Shown piece by piece: positions 1 to 9,529 of a stretch of 64,000 nt of DNA. Position numbers and translations under genes: made by a program. The notes beneath the pieces were generated by a model. The model did no database searches. It saw only the letters and a list, made by a program, of their open reading frames with translations, and was not told the origin of the DNA. The stretch comes from an uncultured Alphaproteobacteria bacterium (GTDB lineage: Bacteria; Pseudomonadota; Alphaproteobacteria; Methylaequorales; Methylaequoraceae): NCBI GenBank assembly GCA_902523675.1, contig CABZAL010000001.1, forward strand, positions 17,519 through 81,518, read 5' to 3'. The stretch's first letter is position 1, and the number at the start of each line of letters is the position of its first letter.

Positions 1-852
1 CCCAAAAAAAGGCTTTTTTTTAAATTCTAAAAAAGTAAACCCCCATATTATTTGACGATGTGCATCTAAGATATTAGTGGAAATTAAAAAACTTTCATTG
101 TTTTCTATAACTTTTTCAACTTTAAAGGACAAACTATTAAATAAGCTTATAATCGCTACAAAAGTAACTATAACAAAGGTAAGAGCTACTTTTTTCTTAT
201 TCCTAGAGTTGTTAATAAACCAAAAAATTGACAACCCAACAAAACCTCCAATAATACCTAATAAAGCTGAGTTACAATTACTCAAAAAGATTACTGGAAA
301 GATTAGAATAAGCATAATAAACGAAAAATAAGGTTTTTGATTTCTAGCTACACTTTCAAAAAATGGACATAAAAAAACTAATATAGTTAATAAATTAACA
401 AACCCTTTATATTTTCTTATTTCATTATTAACTAAATATATGGTCTTAAAATTTGAAATGTTATAAAAAAATATTAATGAAACTGAAAAAAAAATTGAAA
501 TTATGAGAAAGTTTAAAGTCAGTGATAGTCTGTCATCTTTTTTTTTAAAAAAGGAAAAAAATAGATAGGAAATTAAAAAAAAAGAAAAAAAGTAAACCGT
601 CACCAAGAATGATCGAAGAGGTAAAATCGAAAGAACTGAGCTTATGGAAAAAGACAAAAGAGTTAAAGAAAAATATGGAATTATGGGATTTTGATTAATA
701 AATTTAAAAATGGAAAAACTTTTCTTTTTTTCTTCAATTAATATGAATATCAATGAAATTGCTATTGAAGCGCCATAGGCTAATGGTGTGTGAAGTCTTA
801 AAGAAAAACTTATTCCTATCAAAATGCACGATATTTTTGCAATAGTAGTCAT
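1..852 (-). CDS. Partial (N-terminal, runs off window start) polytopic membrane protein, O-antigen ligase (Wzy_C)-like
   Basis: Reverse-strand reading frame starts at ATG 852-850 (MTTIAKISCILIGISF...) and stays open through position 1, so it is absent from the ORF track. Very hydrophobic with many predicted TM segments. A ...LDAHRQIIWGF... segment resembles the conserved His-containing motif of O-antigen ligase/polymerase family proteins. Lies divergent to the maoC-like gene. Confidence 0.4.
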   Translation of the reverse strand, partial: MTTIAKISCILIGISFSLRLHTPLAYGASIAISLIFILIEEKKKSFSIFKFINQNPIIPYFSLTLLSFSISSVLSILPLRSFLVTVYFFSFFLISYLFFSFFKKKDDRLSLTLNFLIISIFFSVSLIFFYNISNFKTIYLVNNEIRKYKGFVNLLTILVFLCPFFESVARNQKPYFSFIMLILIFPVIFLSNCNSALLGIIGGFVGLSIFWFINNSRNKKKVALTFVIVTFVAIISLFNSLSFKVEKVIENNESFLISTNILDAHRQIIWGFTFLEFKKKPFFG

Positions 853-939
853 TGTATATTTAAGCTACTATAATTAATAAATAAATTTAAGATACAGAAA
901 ATTTTAAATGAGTTAATGTAAATTTAGGAGACAACTATA

Positions 940-1383
940 ATGAATGTAGATTATTTCAAAAAATTACACGGGTATTTTCTCGAAGATATTTTTTTAGGAC
1001 AAGAAGCTGACTTGATATCTATGGTAAAGGAAGAAGATATCGACACATTCTCAAGGGTTACTGGAGACATAAACCCAATTCATATAGATGATGAATTTGC
1101 AAAAAAATCAATTTTTAAAAAGAAAATTGCACATGGTTTTTTATCAGCTAGTTACATTTCAGCCGTAATTGGAACCAAGTTACCTGGACCAGGCTGTATT
1201 TATGTAAGACAATCTTTGCGATTTTTAGCCCCTGTCTTTCCTGGAGATGAAATTATTACTAAAGTAAAAGTAAAATCAATCACAATACCAAAAAAAAGAA
1301 TTATATTGGAAACTTTTTGTAGTAAAAGTGAAAAAAAAGTTCTCGACGGAGAAGCAGAAATTTTGGTTAATTCAAAGAATTAA
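940..1383 (+). CDS. MaoC-like hotdog-fold (R)-specific enoyl-CoA hydratase/dehydratase
   Basis: 147 aa. TGDINPIHIDDEFAK...IAHGFL...GPG motif block is typical of the MaoC dehydratase family. Confidence 0.7.
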   Translation: MNVDYFKKLHGYFLEDIFLGQEADLISMVKEEDIDTFSRVTGDINPIHIDDEFAKKSIFKKKIAHGFLSASYISAVIGTKLPGPGCIYVRQSLRFLAPVFPGDEIITKVKVKSITIPKKRIILETFCSKSEKKVLDGEAEILVNSKN

Positions 1384-1385
1384 TA

Positions 1386-2339
1386 ATGGAGTTAGTTAAT
1401 TTAAATCAAATTCCTAAAAGCGCATTACACTCTATTGTTGCAATTGGAAATTTTGATGGAGTGCATTTAGGGCATAGAAAAGTTATTAATAAGGCTAAAG
1501 AAATCTCAAATGCCCAAAAAAAAAAATTATCAATTGTTACTTTTGAACCACACCCAAAGTGTTTCTTTAAAAAAGAATTCAAAAAATTTAGGATTACACC
1601 TTTTAGAAAAAAATTTGAAGAAATAAAAAACCTTGGTGTTAATTATTATTTTAATTTTAAATTTACTCAAAATTTTTCTAAAATGTCTGCTGAAGAATTC
1701 ATTGAAGACATTTTAATAAAAAAAATGAAAGTAAGTTACTTAATAACTGGGTTTGATTTTGTTTTTGGTCACAAACAATCCGGCACTGTTGAACTTTTAA
1801 ATAAATATTCAATAAAACATAATAAATTTAACTTTATATCTGTAAACGAATTTAAAAAGCAAAATGTTAGAAATGTCTCATCCTCTGAAATTAGAACTTT
1901 TCTCAAGGAAGGTGATTTAAAAAACGCAAACCAAATTTTAGGAAGAGATTGGTCAATAATTTCAAGAGTTATAAAAGGAAAGGGCATCGGCAAGGATCTT
2001 GGATTTCCAACTGCAAATCTATTAATAAACAACTATTGCGAATTAAAATATGGGGTGTATGCTGTTGAGATCAATTTGAAAAATAATTTAAATAATTGTT
2101 TTTTTGGTATTGCAAATTATGGTATCAAACCAACATTTTCAAAATCTGAACCTGTATTAGAAATTCATTTTTTTGATTTTGATAAAAATATTTATTCAGA
2201 ATTAATTGAAGTAACTTTTAAATTCTTTATAAGGGAAGAAAGAAAATTTGAGAATATTGAACAGTTAAAATCTCAAATAAGTAAAGACATATTAAATTGT
2301 AAAAAATACTTTAATGAAAAATCTTTCACAAACAATTAA
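1386..2339 (+). CDS. ribF: Bifunctional riboflavin kinase / FMN adenylyltransferase
   Basis: N-terminal GNFDGVHLGH nucleotidyltransferase motif. C-terminal riboflavin kinase region (GRDWSI...GKGIGKDLGFPTANL). Conserved ribF-ileS-lspA order. Confidence 0.9.
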   Translation: MELVNLNQIPKSALHSIVAIGNFDGVHLGHRKVINKAKEISNAQKKKLSIVTFEPHPKCFFKKEFKKFRITPFRKKFEEIKNLGVNYYFNFKFTQNFSKMSAEEFIEDILIKKMKVSYLITGFDFVFGHKQSGTVELLNKYSIKHNKFNFISVNEFKKQNVRNVSSSEIRTFLKEGDLKNANQILGRDWSIISRVIKGKGIGKDLGFPTANLLINNYCELKYGVYAVEINLKNNLNNCFFGIANYGIKPTFSKSEPVLEIHFFDFDKNIYSELIEVTFKFFIREERKFENIEQLKSQISKDILNCKKYFNEKSFTNN

Positions 2340-5097
2340 TTTACCAAATACTTCTTTTTCAATGAGAGCTAATTTGTCAAAAAACGAACCTAAGTGGATT
2401 CAGTTATGGAAGCAATTAGATATGGTAAATAAAATAAAAGAACTTAATAAAGGCAAAAAACCTTTTATTCTTCATGATGGTCCCCCTTACGCAAACGGAA
2501 ATCTTCATTTAGGCCACGCTCTAAACAAGATTTTAAAGGATATTATTAATAGGTTTCATTTTAAGCTAGGTTTTGACGTTGATTATATTCCAGGATGGGA
2601 TTGTCATGGTTTGCCCATTGAGTGGAAGATTGAAGAGAAGTATAAAAAAGCTGGGAAGAATAAGAATGAGATTAGTAATCTTAAATTTAGAGCTGAATGT
2701 AGAGACTTTGCAAAATCATGGATCGAAATCCAATCAAAAGAATTTGAAAGACTTGGTATTAATTGCGATTGGAAAAAAATTTATACTACAATGGCAAAAG
2801 ACTCAGAAGGAATTATCGTAGCTGAACTATTAAAATGTTTTGAAGAAGGTAGACTTTATTTAGGTAATAAGCCGGTGATGTGGTCAGTTGTCGAGCAAAC
2901 TGCTCTAGCAGAAGCAGAAGTTGAATATAAAGACAAGATGTCAAAATCAATTTATGTAAAATTCCCAGTTAAAGAGTTTTCGGATACAAATATTATTATT
3001 TGGACAACCACACCGTGGACATTACCAGGTAATAGAGCAATTGCTTTTGATAAAAATATAATCTACCAAAAAGTAGTTTTTAAAAATAATTACGAAAAAT
3101 TTAATATATCAAAGGGAGAAAAGATACTTTTCTCTAAGAAGTTATTTAAATCGTTTTCAGAATTTAATGGACTTGAAAAATTTGAAATTGAAAAAGAATT
3201 TGAAGGAAAAAATTTAGAAGGACTTAATTGTTATCACCCGTTAAAAGATTTAGGATTTAATTTTGATGTACCTTTGTTATCCGGAGATCATGTAACAGAA
3301 GATACCGGTTCAGGATTTGTACACATAGCACCTGGGCATGGAATTGAAGATTTTGAATTAGGTAAAAAAAATAATATTTCTCCTCCAAAAATTGTAGCAG
3401 ATGGAGGAATTTATTACGATGAAGTGCCATTTTTTTCGGGTGTGCATATTTTTAAAGCTGATAATTTAGTAGTAGAAGAATTAGAAAAAAAAAAAATGTT
3501 GATAGCTTCTAATGATTTTTCTCATAGTTATCCTCACTCATGGAGATCTAAAGCACCATTGATATATAGAACTACCTCGCAATGGTTTATTTCAATGACA
3601 GAAAAAAACCTAAGAGCAACCGCTCTTGATTCAATAGAGAATGTAAAATGGTACCCGCCATCAAGTAAAAATAGAATTAAGTCAATGATTGAGGATCGTC
3701 CTGATTGGTGTGTGTCAAGACAAAGATCCTGGGGTGTCCCAATTACTATAATTTTAGACAAAAAAAACAACAGACCTTTAGTAGATAGTGAGATTAATAA
3801 AAAAATTATAAAACTTATAAAAGAAAATGGAACAGATATTTGGTTTATGAAACCAGTAGATTTTTTTTTAACGAATAAATATAATCCAGAAAATTATGAA
3901 AAAGTTGAAGATATTTTAGATGTCTGGTTTGATTCAGGTTCAAGTCACGCCTTCGTTTTAAAAAAAAGGGGGATAAATGAAAAAGCTGATCTATATCTTG
4001 AAGGCTCTGATCAGCACAGAGGATGGTTTCAATCTTCTTTACTACAATCGTGTGCGAATTATGGGGATAGCCCTTATAAATCAGTTCTAACTCATGGTTT
4101 CGTACTTGATAGTAGTGGGAAAAAAATGTCAAAATCCCTTGGTAATGTAATTTCTCCAAATGATGTGATTAGTAAATATGGAGCAGATATACTCAGATTA
4201 TGGGTCGCGACCACAAATTATAACGAAGACTTAAGAATAAGTTATGAAAGTTTGGATAGGCAAACAGAGACATACCGAAAGATAAGAAATTCCTTAAGAT
4301 TTTTACTAGGTAACTTAAAGGACTGGAATGATAAAGAAAAAATTCAACATTCCAATTTGCCAGAATTAGAAAAATATATTCGCGCAAGATTATTTGAAAT
4401 TAATACAAATTTTATTAAAAGTTTAAAAACTTATAACTTTTATAATGTTTATCAAATAGTTTCAAATTTTTGTAATAACGAACTTTCTTCTCTTTTTTTT
4501 GATATAAGAAAAGACACTTTATACTGTGATCATAAAGATTCCTTAAAAAGAAATTCAGCCAGAACAGTAATGGTAGATGTATTTAAAACTTTAATAAATT
4601 GGCTATCACCTGTTTTAGTTTTTACAAGTGAAGAAGCTTGGCAAACGTGGAAAGATGAAATTGATAACAGAGCCATTCAAAGCTGTCACTTTGAATTGTA
4701 TGAAAACCCTCCAAGTGAATGGGAGGATAAAGATTTAATAACAAAATGGGATGAAATAATAAAAATTAAGAAGGCTGTTAATAACGCGATTGAAACCAAA
4801 AGGAACGAAAAATTAATTAAAACAAGTTTAGAATGTGAAGTTTCTATTTATTTCAATAAAAAAGAATACTTCCAAATACTAGAGGATCTAGACTTGAACG
4901 ATTTTTTTATCACTTCTAAAACTAAAATAAGTCAAAAAAAAGAAGAGGACTTTGTGTGTTTTGAAGAGGATAAAAATATTTATGTAAAAGTTGAAAAGAT
5001 TAATGGGAAAAAATGTGACCGCTGTTGGAAATTTTTCGACGAATTAAACAAAAATTTGATTTGCAATAGGTGTGATGAAGCCATTAAAATATCTTAA
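2314..5097 (+). CDS. ileS: Isoleucine--tRNA ligase
   Basis: 927 aa. HIGH-type motif (PYANGNLHLGHALN). KMSKS motif (KMSKSLGNV). C-terminal Cys-x2-Cys zinc-binding pairs. Confidence 0.95.
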   Translation: MKNLSQTINLPNTSFSMRANLSKNEPKWIQLWKQLDMVNKIKELNKGKKPFILHDGPPYANGNLHLGHALNKILKDIINRFHFKLGFDVDYIPGWDCHGLPIEWKIEEKYKKAGKNKNEISNLKFRAECRDFAKSWIEIQSKEFERLGINCDWKKIYTTMAKDSEGIIVAELLKCFEEGRLYLGNKPVMWSVVEQTALAEAEVEYKDKMSKSIYVKFPVKEFSDTNIIIWTTTPWTLPGNRAIAFDKNIIYQKVVFKNNYEKFNISKGEKILFSKKLFKSFSEFNGLEKFEIEKEFEGKNLEGLNCYHPLKDLGFNFDVPLLSGDHVTEDTGSGFVHIAPGHGIEDFELGKKNNISPPKIVADGGIYYDEVPFFSGVHIFKADNLVVEELEKKKMLIASNDFSHSYPHSWRSKAPLIYRTTSQWFISMTEKNLRATALDSIENVKWYPPSSKNRIKSMIEDRPDWCVSRQRSWGVPITIILDKKNNRPLVDSEINKKIIKLIKENGTDIWFMKPVDFFLTNKYNPENYEKVEDILDVWFDSGSSHAFVLKKRGINEKADLYLEGSDQHRGWFQSSLLQSCANYGDSPYKSVLTHGFVLDSSGKKMSKSLGNVISPNDVISKYGADILRLWVATTNYNEDLRISYESLDRQTETYRKIRNSLRFLLGNLKDWNDKEKIQHSNLPELEKYIRARLFEINTNFIKSLKTYNFYNVYQIVSNFCNNELSSLFFDIRKDTLYCDHKDSLKRNSARTVMVDVFKTLINWLSPVLVFTSEEAWQTWKDEIDNRAIQSCHFELYENPPSEWEDKDLITKWDEIIKIKKAVNNAIETKRNEKLIKTSLECEVSIYFNKKEYFQILEDLDLNDFFITSKTKISQKKEEDFVCFEEDKNIYVKVEKINGKKCDRCWKFFDELNKNLICNRCDEAIKIS

Positions 5098-5566
5098 TTT
5101 AAGAAAATCATTATTTCTTTTATTATCAATACTGTTATTTTTTTTTGATCAATTAACTAAATATTATGCAGTGTTAAACAGTGAGTTATTAATTTACGGT
5201 GTTAAAATTACGTCATTTTTAAATTTGGTCTATGTTATTAATAAAGGTATCAGCTTTGGTCTGTTGGCAGATTTTAATATTTCGTTTTATTTAGGAATTT
5301 TTTCATTTTTGGCATCTATTTTTATAATACTTTGGATGTTAAAAACAAAAAATATTTATGAGACTTTAGCATTGAGTATGATTTTAGGAGGAGCACTTGG
5401 AAATGGGTTTGATAGAATAAAAGATTCCTACGTTGTCGACTTTATTGATGTTCACATTGCAGATTATCACTGGCCGGCTTTTAATTTTGCAGATCTATGT
5501 ATTTCGTTAGGTGCGATAATATATATAAGTTATAATTATTTATTTATTAATGAACGAAAAAAATAA
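5072..5566 (+). CDS. lspA: Lipoprotein signal peptidase (signal peptidase II)
   Basis: 164 aa, four TM segments, conserved FNFAD motif near the C-terminus. Follows ileS. Start codon uncertain (26-nt overlap with ileS if taken at 5072). Confidence 0.85.
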   Translation: MMKPLKYLNLRKSLFLLLSILLFFFDQLTKYYAVLNSELLIYGVKITSFLNLVYVINKGISFGLLADFNISFYLGIFSFLASIFIILWMLKTKNIYETLALSMILGGALGNGFDRIKDSYVVDFIDVHIADYHWPAFNFADLCISLGAIIYISYNYLFINERKK

Positions 5567-5666
5567 ATTATATACTTTGAAAATAGTTTAACAAATGTTA
5601 TCTATAATATTATACTATATGTATTAACATATTGAAATTAAAAACAACATTTAGTGTTATTATTTT

Positions 5667-6317
5667 ATGAACAAGCTTTTACCAACCTCATTTATATCAA
5701 ATAAAAATAAAACCACTTTGCTGACAATAATTTTTACTCTTTGTCTGAATTCATGTTCTACAATTGAGTCTGGCTGGGACTCGATAACTAGTGCTGGTAC
5801 TTATGTTTATGACTCAACAGTTGGACTCTTGGGGGACGAAGAGCCAGAAGAAAGTGAGGCTGTCGTAATTGAGGAAGTTTATGAAATTCCAGATTTTGAT
5901 GTCCCAAATATGGAAGACAACTTTACCAATCAATTTAATAACCCGAATGAATTTAATATGCAAAATGCTCAAGTTCCTCAATTTTATGATCCAGTTTATA
6001 GAAGTGCAAGACAATATTATAGTGTAAGTCCCAATGGTTCGCCATTACCTGCACCACCACCACCACCATTTCCACAATATTCAATTGAACCTGATGAGGG
6101 ATATTATGGATTTTCTCCTTCACAAAAATTTGGTTTGGGATCTCAAATAGCACCTTCCTACAATGAAAACCTAATTATTAATGATAAAATTAGTGGTAAC
6201 ATCTCGAGTAATCTGTCTGAAGAGGAAGAGATGGAGTTGTACGGGATAGAAAACGATTGCATAAGAGTAATAAATGATTATATGAACGGTGGATATAAAT
6301 GTGATGATTTCGATTAG
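5667..6317 (+). CDS. Hypothetical acidic, Pro-rich lipoprotein
   Basis: Signal peptide ending in lipobox L-N-S-C. Remainder is low complexity, acidic and disordered-looking (EEPEESEAVVIEE, PAPPPPPFP). No recognisable domain. Confidence 0.5.
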   Translation: MNKLLPTSFISNKNKTTLLTIIFTLCLNSCSTIESGWDSITSAGTYVYDSTVGLLGDEEPEESEAVVIEEVYEIPDFDVPNMEDNFTNQFNNPNEFNMQNAQVPQFYDPVYRSARQYYSVSPNGSPLPAPPPPPFPQYSIEPDEGYYGFSPSQKFGLGSQIAPSYNENLIINDKISGNISSNLSEEEEMELYGIENDCIRVINDYMNGGYKCDDFD

Positions 6318-6921
6318 ATTTTATATTAGGTTATTAATTTTCATTCCATGTCTTTTACTAGGATCATGCGAATCATTAAAAAACGTAACTGGTTTTTCAA
6401 AACCATCATTTGAAGATAACATCGCATCAGAAACACCTGAGTTGGTTTTACCACCGGACTTTGAGTCCAGGCCACGTGTTCAATCCAGAAACACATATAA
6501 TAATGTTCAAGACAATCAAATTAATGATCAAGATTTTTTAATTCAAGACAGAAAAAGCACTGAAATGTTTGTAGTTCCAAAAGCTCATAATTTTGTTGCT
6601 CCTGAAGTAATTATTCCTTCGGCTAAATCTCCTTCAGATTCAATAGAAAAGTTTAGAAGAAATAAAAAGTTTTCTATTGGTCAATGGGTTTATTCTCAAT
6701 CAGTTAACAATTTTAGAAATGGGAATCTATACTATAGACCAAACTATAATAAAGGGTATAACTTTTCAAGACGTTATATACCAGATTCTTATAGTAATTA
6801 TACAGAATCTAATTACGGTAATAATTTACAAAGCAGAGAGATTTCTGATTTACCTAACCAAGAATTTCTTACTGGTGAAAATCTAATAAAAGATTTTGAA
6901 GAACTTCCAACAAACAAATAA
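6304..6921 (+). CDS. Hypothetical lipoprotein (N/Y/S-rich, low complexity)
   Basis: Signal peptide with lipobox L-G-S-C (CLLLGSCES). I prefer the ATG at 6304 over the track ORF start at 6289. No recognisable domain. Confidence 0.45.
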   Translation: MISIRFYIRLLIFIPCLLLGSCESLKNVTGFSKPSFEDNIASETPELVLPPDFESRPRVQSRNTYNNVQDNQINDQDFLIQDRKSTEMFVVPKAHNFVAPEVIIPSAKSPSDSIEKFRRNKKFSIGQWVYSQSVNNFRNGNLYYRPNYNKGYNFSRRYIPDSYSNYTESNYGNNLQSREISDLPNQEFLTGENLIKDFEELPTNK

Positions 6922-6927
6922 TTTACA

Positions 6928-8238
6928 ATGAAACTGATTTTTTTTTTTTTGATTTTCTTTTCTTTCACTAGTTTAAAATCAAAACTTTTTGATGCAAAAC
7001 AATTTAAATTAAAAAATGGTTTGCAAGTTATAGTAATTGAAAACTCAAGAGCACCAGTTGTGTCACAGATGATTTGGTACAATGTAGGATCCATAGATGA
7101 GAAATTTGGAAAAAGCGGTTTAGCTCATTTTTTAGAACATCTAATGTTCAAAGGTACAAAAAAGTATCCAAGCGGATACTATTCAAAATATATTTCTAAA
7201 AATGGCGGTACCGAAAACGCGTTTACAAGTTTTGATTACACTGCTTATTACCAAATTGTACCAACTGAACATTTAGAAAAAATTGTTGAACTAGAAGCAG
7301 ATAGAATGACAAACCTAACTTTAACTGATGAACAAGTTGAAACTGAAAAAAAAGTTATTTTGGAAGAAAGATATCAAAGAATTGATAGCAAACCTTCAGC
7401 TATTCTTGATGAGTCAATTAGAAAAAGTTTATTTCCTAATCATACATATGGCACACCTATAATTGGTTGGGAACATGAAATAAAGGCATTAACAATTGAT
7501 GATGTCAGAAAATTCTACAATGATTATTATAATCCAAAAAATGCGATTTTAATTTTCTCAGGTGATGTAAGTTTAAAAAAAGCAAAAGAATATTCAGAAA
7601 AATATTTTGGTAAAATTAAGGTTAAAAATCAAATTAATATTAATAGAATTAAATTAAATGACCCTATTTTAAGGACAAATATCAGGATCAATTATGATGA
7701 CGAAAATGTTAAACAGAAAATTTGGAAACGTTCATTTAAAACTAGTTCATACAAAGAATCTATAAAAAATGGAATCGCATTAGACTTGGGACTAAAAATT
7801 CTTACTGGAGGATCAACTAGTATATTATACAGAGAATTAGTTGAAAAAAAGAAGTTAGTTTCATCTATTGGTGGATACTATCAAGGCATGTCAAGAGATA
7901 AGGCAACTGTAAATTTTTATGCTATTCCTAATGAAAATGTTGAAATTTCTAATTTAGAAAAACAAATTTACGAAATTATGAAAAAATCTGTAGTTAATGG
8001 AATTACTGAAGATAGATTTATTCTTCAAAAAAAAAAATATGAACATGAATCTATTTATCTTAGAGATAGTATTTTTCAACCTGCTCAAATAATTGGTGAA
8101 GCATTGTCTATTGGAATTGCGTTGGAAGAAATCGAGAGTTGGGATGAATTTTTGAATGAGATAACTATTGAAGACGTAAAAAATGAACTCAAGAAATTCA
8201 TTAAAAATAATAATTACGTAACTGGATTGCTTGGATAA
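6928..8238 (+). CDS. M16 family zinc peptidase (pitrilysin/MPP-like), catalytic subunit
   Basis: 436 aa. Inverted zinc-binding motif HFLEH (HxxEH) and downstream Glu. N-terminal signal peptide. Confidence 0.85.
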   Translation: MKLIFFFLIFFSFTSLKSKLFDAKQFKLKNGLQVIVIENSRAPVVSQMIWYNVGSIDEKFGKSGLAHFLEHLMFKGTKKYPSGYYSKYISKNGGTENAFTSFDYTAYYQIVPTEHLEKIVELEADRMTNLTLTDEQVETEKKVILEERYQRIDSKPSAILDESIRKSLFPNHTYGTPIIGWEHEIKALTIDDVRKFYNDYYNPKNAILIFSGDVSLKKAKEYSEKYFGKIKVKNQININRIKLNDPILRTNIRINYDDENVKQKIWKRSFKTSSYKESIKNGIALDLGLKILTGGSTSILYRELVEKKKLVSSIGGYYQGMSRDKATVNFYAIPNENVEISNLEKQIYEIMKKSVVNGITEDRFILQKKKYEHESIYLRDSIFQPAQIIGEALSIGIALEEIESWDEFLNEITIEDVKNELKKFIKNNNYVTGLLG

Positions 8239-9529
8239 AATGATAATATATGTTTTTCTATTCTTTTTTTTGAATTCTATAAATCTTTTAGCTTTAGATG
8301 TTGAAGAAATTGTATCTGAAAGAAACGTTAAAGCTTGGATAGTTGAAGATAATTCAGTCCCTATCATTAGCATGAACCTTACTTTTAAGGGTGGGGCTTA
8401 TTTTGATGCTTTTGGCAAAGAAGGGACTTCGACGTTCGTAGCAGCTTTATTGGATGAGGGTGCAGGAAGTCTTACTAGTAAGGAATTCAAAGACGAAATG
8501 AGTAAGCTAGGAATGAAACTTGATTTTAGATCCTCTAAAGATGAACTTTCGGTATCTTTTCAGACAATATCCAAAAATAAAAAAAAAAGTTTTAAACTTA
8601 TGAGGAGTGCTTTAATAGAACCTCGATTTGATTTCGAAGAGATTGAGAAAATTAGAAATCAAATCATCTCAAGTATAAAGATTAATGAATCAAATCTTCG
8701 ATCTTTTTCTTCTCAACAATTTGAAAAAAACTTTTATTTAGATCACAAGTTTTCGAGAAATGTAGAGGGTTCTTTGAAGTCGATTAAAGATATAAAAAAA
8801 ACTGATCTTGAGGAATACAAAAGAAAAAATTTTACTAAGTCAAATTTAATAGTTGGTGTTTCTGGAGATATATCAAAATCAGAAATGAAAGAACAATTAG
8901 ATGTGATATTTGGAGATCTACCTAAAGGAGATGAAAAGAATTTTTTCATAAATGGAATAAAAGATGTAAGAGCCGGAGAATTAAAGATACAGAAGAAATC
9001 GCCTCAAACCTCAGTTATTTTTGGGCACAATGGTTTTCACAGAAATGATGAAAAATACTTTGCTGCACGAATTGCAAATTATGTATTAGGTGGTGGTGGT
9101 TTTCAATCTAAACTTTACAAAAAGATAAGAGAAGAAAACGGGTTGGTTTATTCAATTTATTCTTACTTGCTTCCAAATGCAGCTGGAGGAATTATTCTTG
9201 GAGGATTTCAAACAAAAAATGAAAATGTTCATACGACACTTGATCTACTTAAAAAGGAGTGGTTGCATATAAAAGAAAAGGGAATAACCCAAGAAGAATT
9301 AAATAACGCAAAATCATATTTTATTGGATCATTCTCAAGAAGTTTTTCAAGTACAAAATCTATTGCTGCATTATTAAACACCGTTCAAACATACAAACTT
9401 GGAATTGACTATTTCGATAGACGTTCAAAAATTATTGAAGATCTAACCTTGTCATTTGTGAATAAAGTTTGTAAAGATTTTTTTAGACCAAACGAATTAT
9501 TCTTTACAATCGTTGGAGACATTTCTTGA
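8231..9529 (+). CDS. M16 family peptidase, non-catalytic partner subunit
   Basis: 432 aa. M16 fold similarity (GGGFQSKLYKKIREENGLVYS) without HxxEH. Overlaps the preceding M16 gene by 8 nt, giving the typical two-gene M16 pair. Confidence 0.75.
   Translation: MDKMIIYVFLFFFLNSINLLALDVEEIVSERNVKAWIVEDNSVPIISMNLTFKGGAYFDAFGKEGTSTFVAALLDEGAGSLTSKEFKDEMSKLGMKLDFRSSKDELSVSFQTISKNKKKSFKLMRSALIEPRFDFEEIEKIRNQIISSIKINESNLRSFSSQQFEKNFYLDHKFSRNVEGSLKSIKDIKKTDLEEYKRKNFTKSNLIVGVSGDISKSEMKEQLDVIFGDLPKGDEKNFFINGIKDVRAGELKIQKKSPQTSVIFGHNGFHRNDEKYFAARIANYVLGGGGFQSKLYKKIREENGLVYSIYSYLLPNAAGGIILGGFQTKNENVHTTLDLLKKEWLHIKEKGITQEELNNAKSYFIGSFSRSFSSTKSIAALLNTVQTYKLGIDYFDRRSKIIEDLTLSFVNKVCKDFFRPNELFFTIVGDIS

Noticed and set aside
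77-331. 84-aa + strand ORF at window start
   Set aside because: Low-complexity translation. It lies antisense to a much longer, hydrophobic, stop-free reverse-strand frame (1-852) that is the more plausible gene.
1769-4387. Several 60-105-aa ORFs inside ribF/ileS (for example 1769-2032 -, 2573-2821 +, 3534-3770 -, 3845-4159 -, 4193-4387 -)
   Set aside because: Alternative-frame or antisense ORFs within highly conserved ribF and ileS. No independent support.
6813-7094. 93-aa - strand ORF spanning the lipoprotein/M16 junction
   Set aside because: Antisense to the start of the HxxEH M16 peptidase and the tail of the lipoprotein gene. Lys-rich low complexity.
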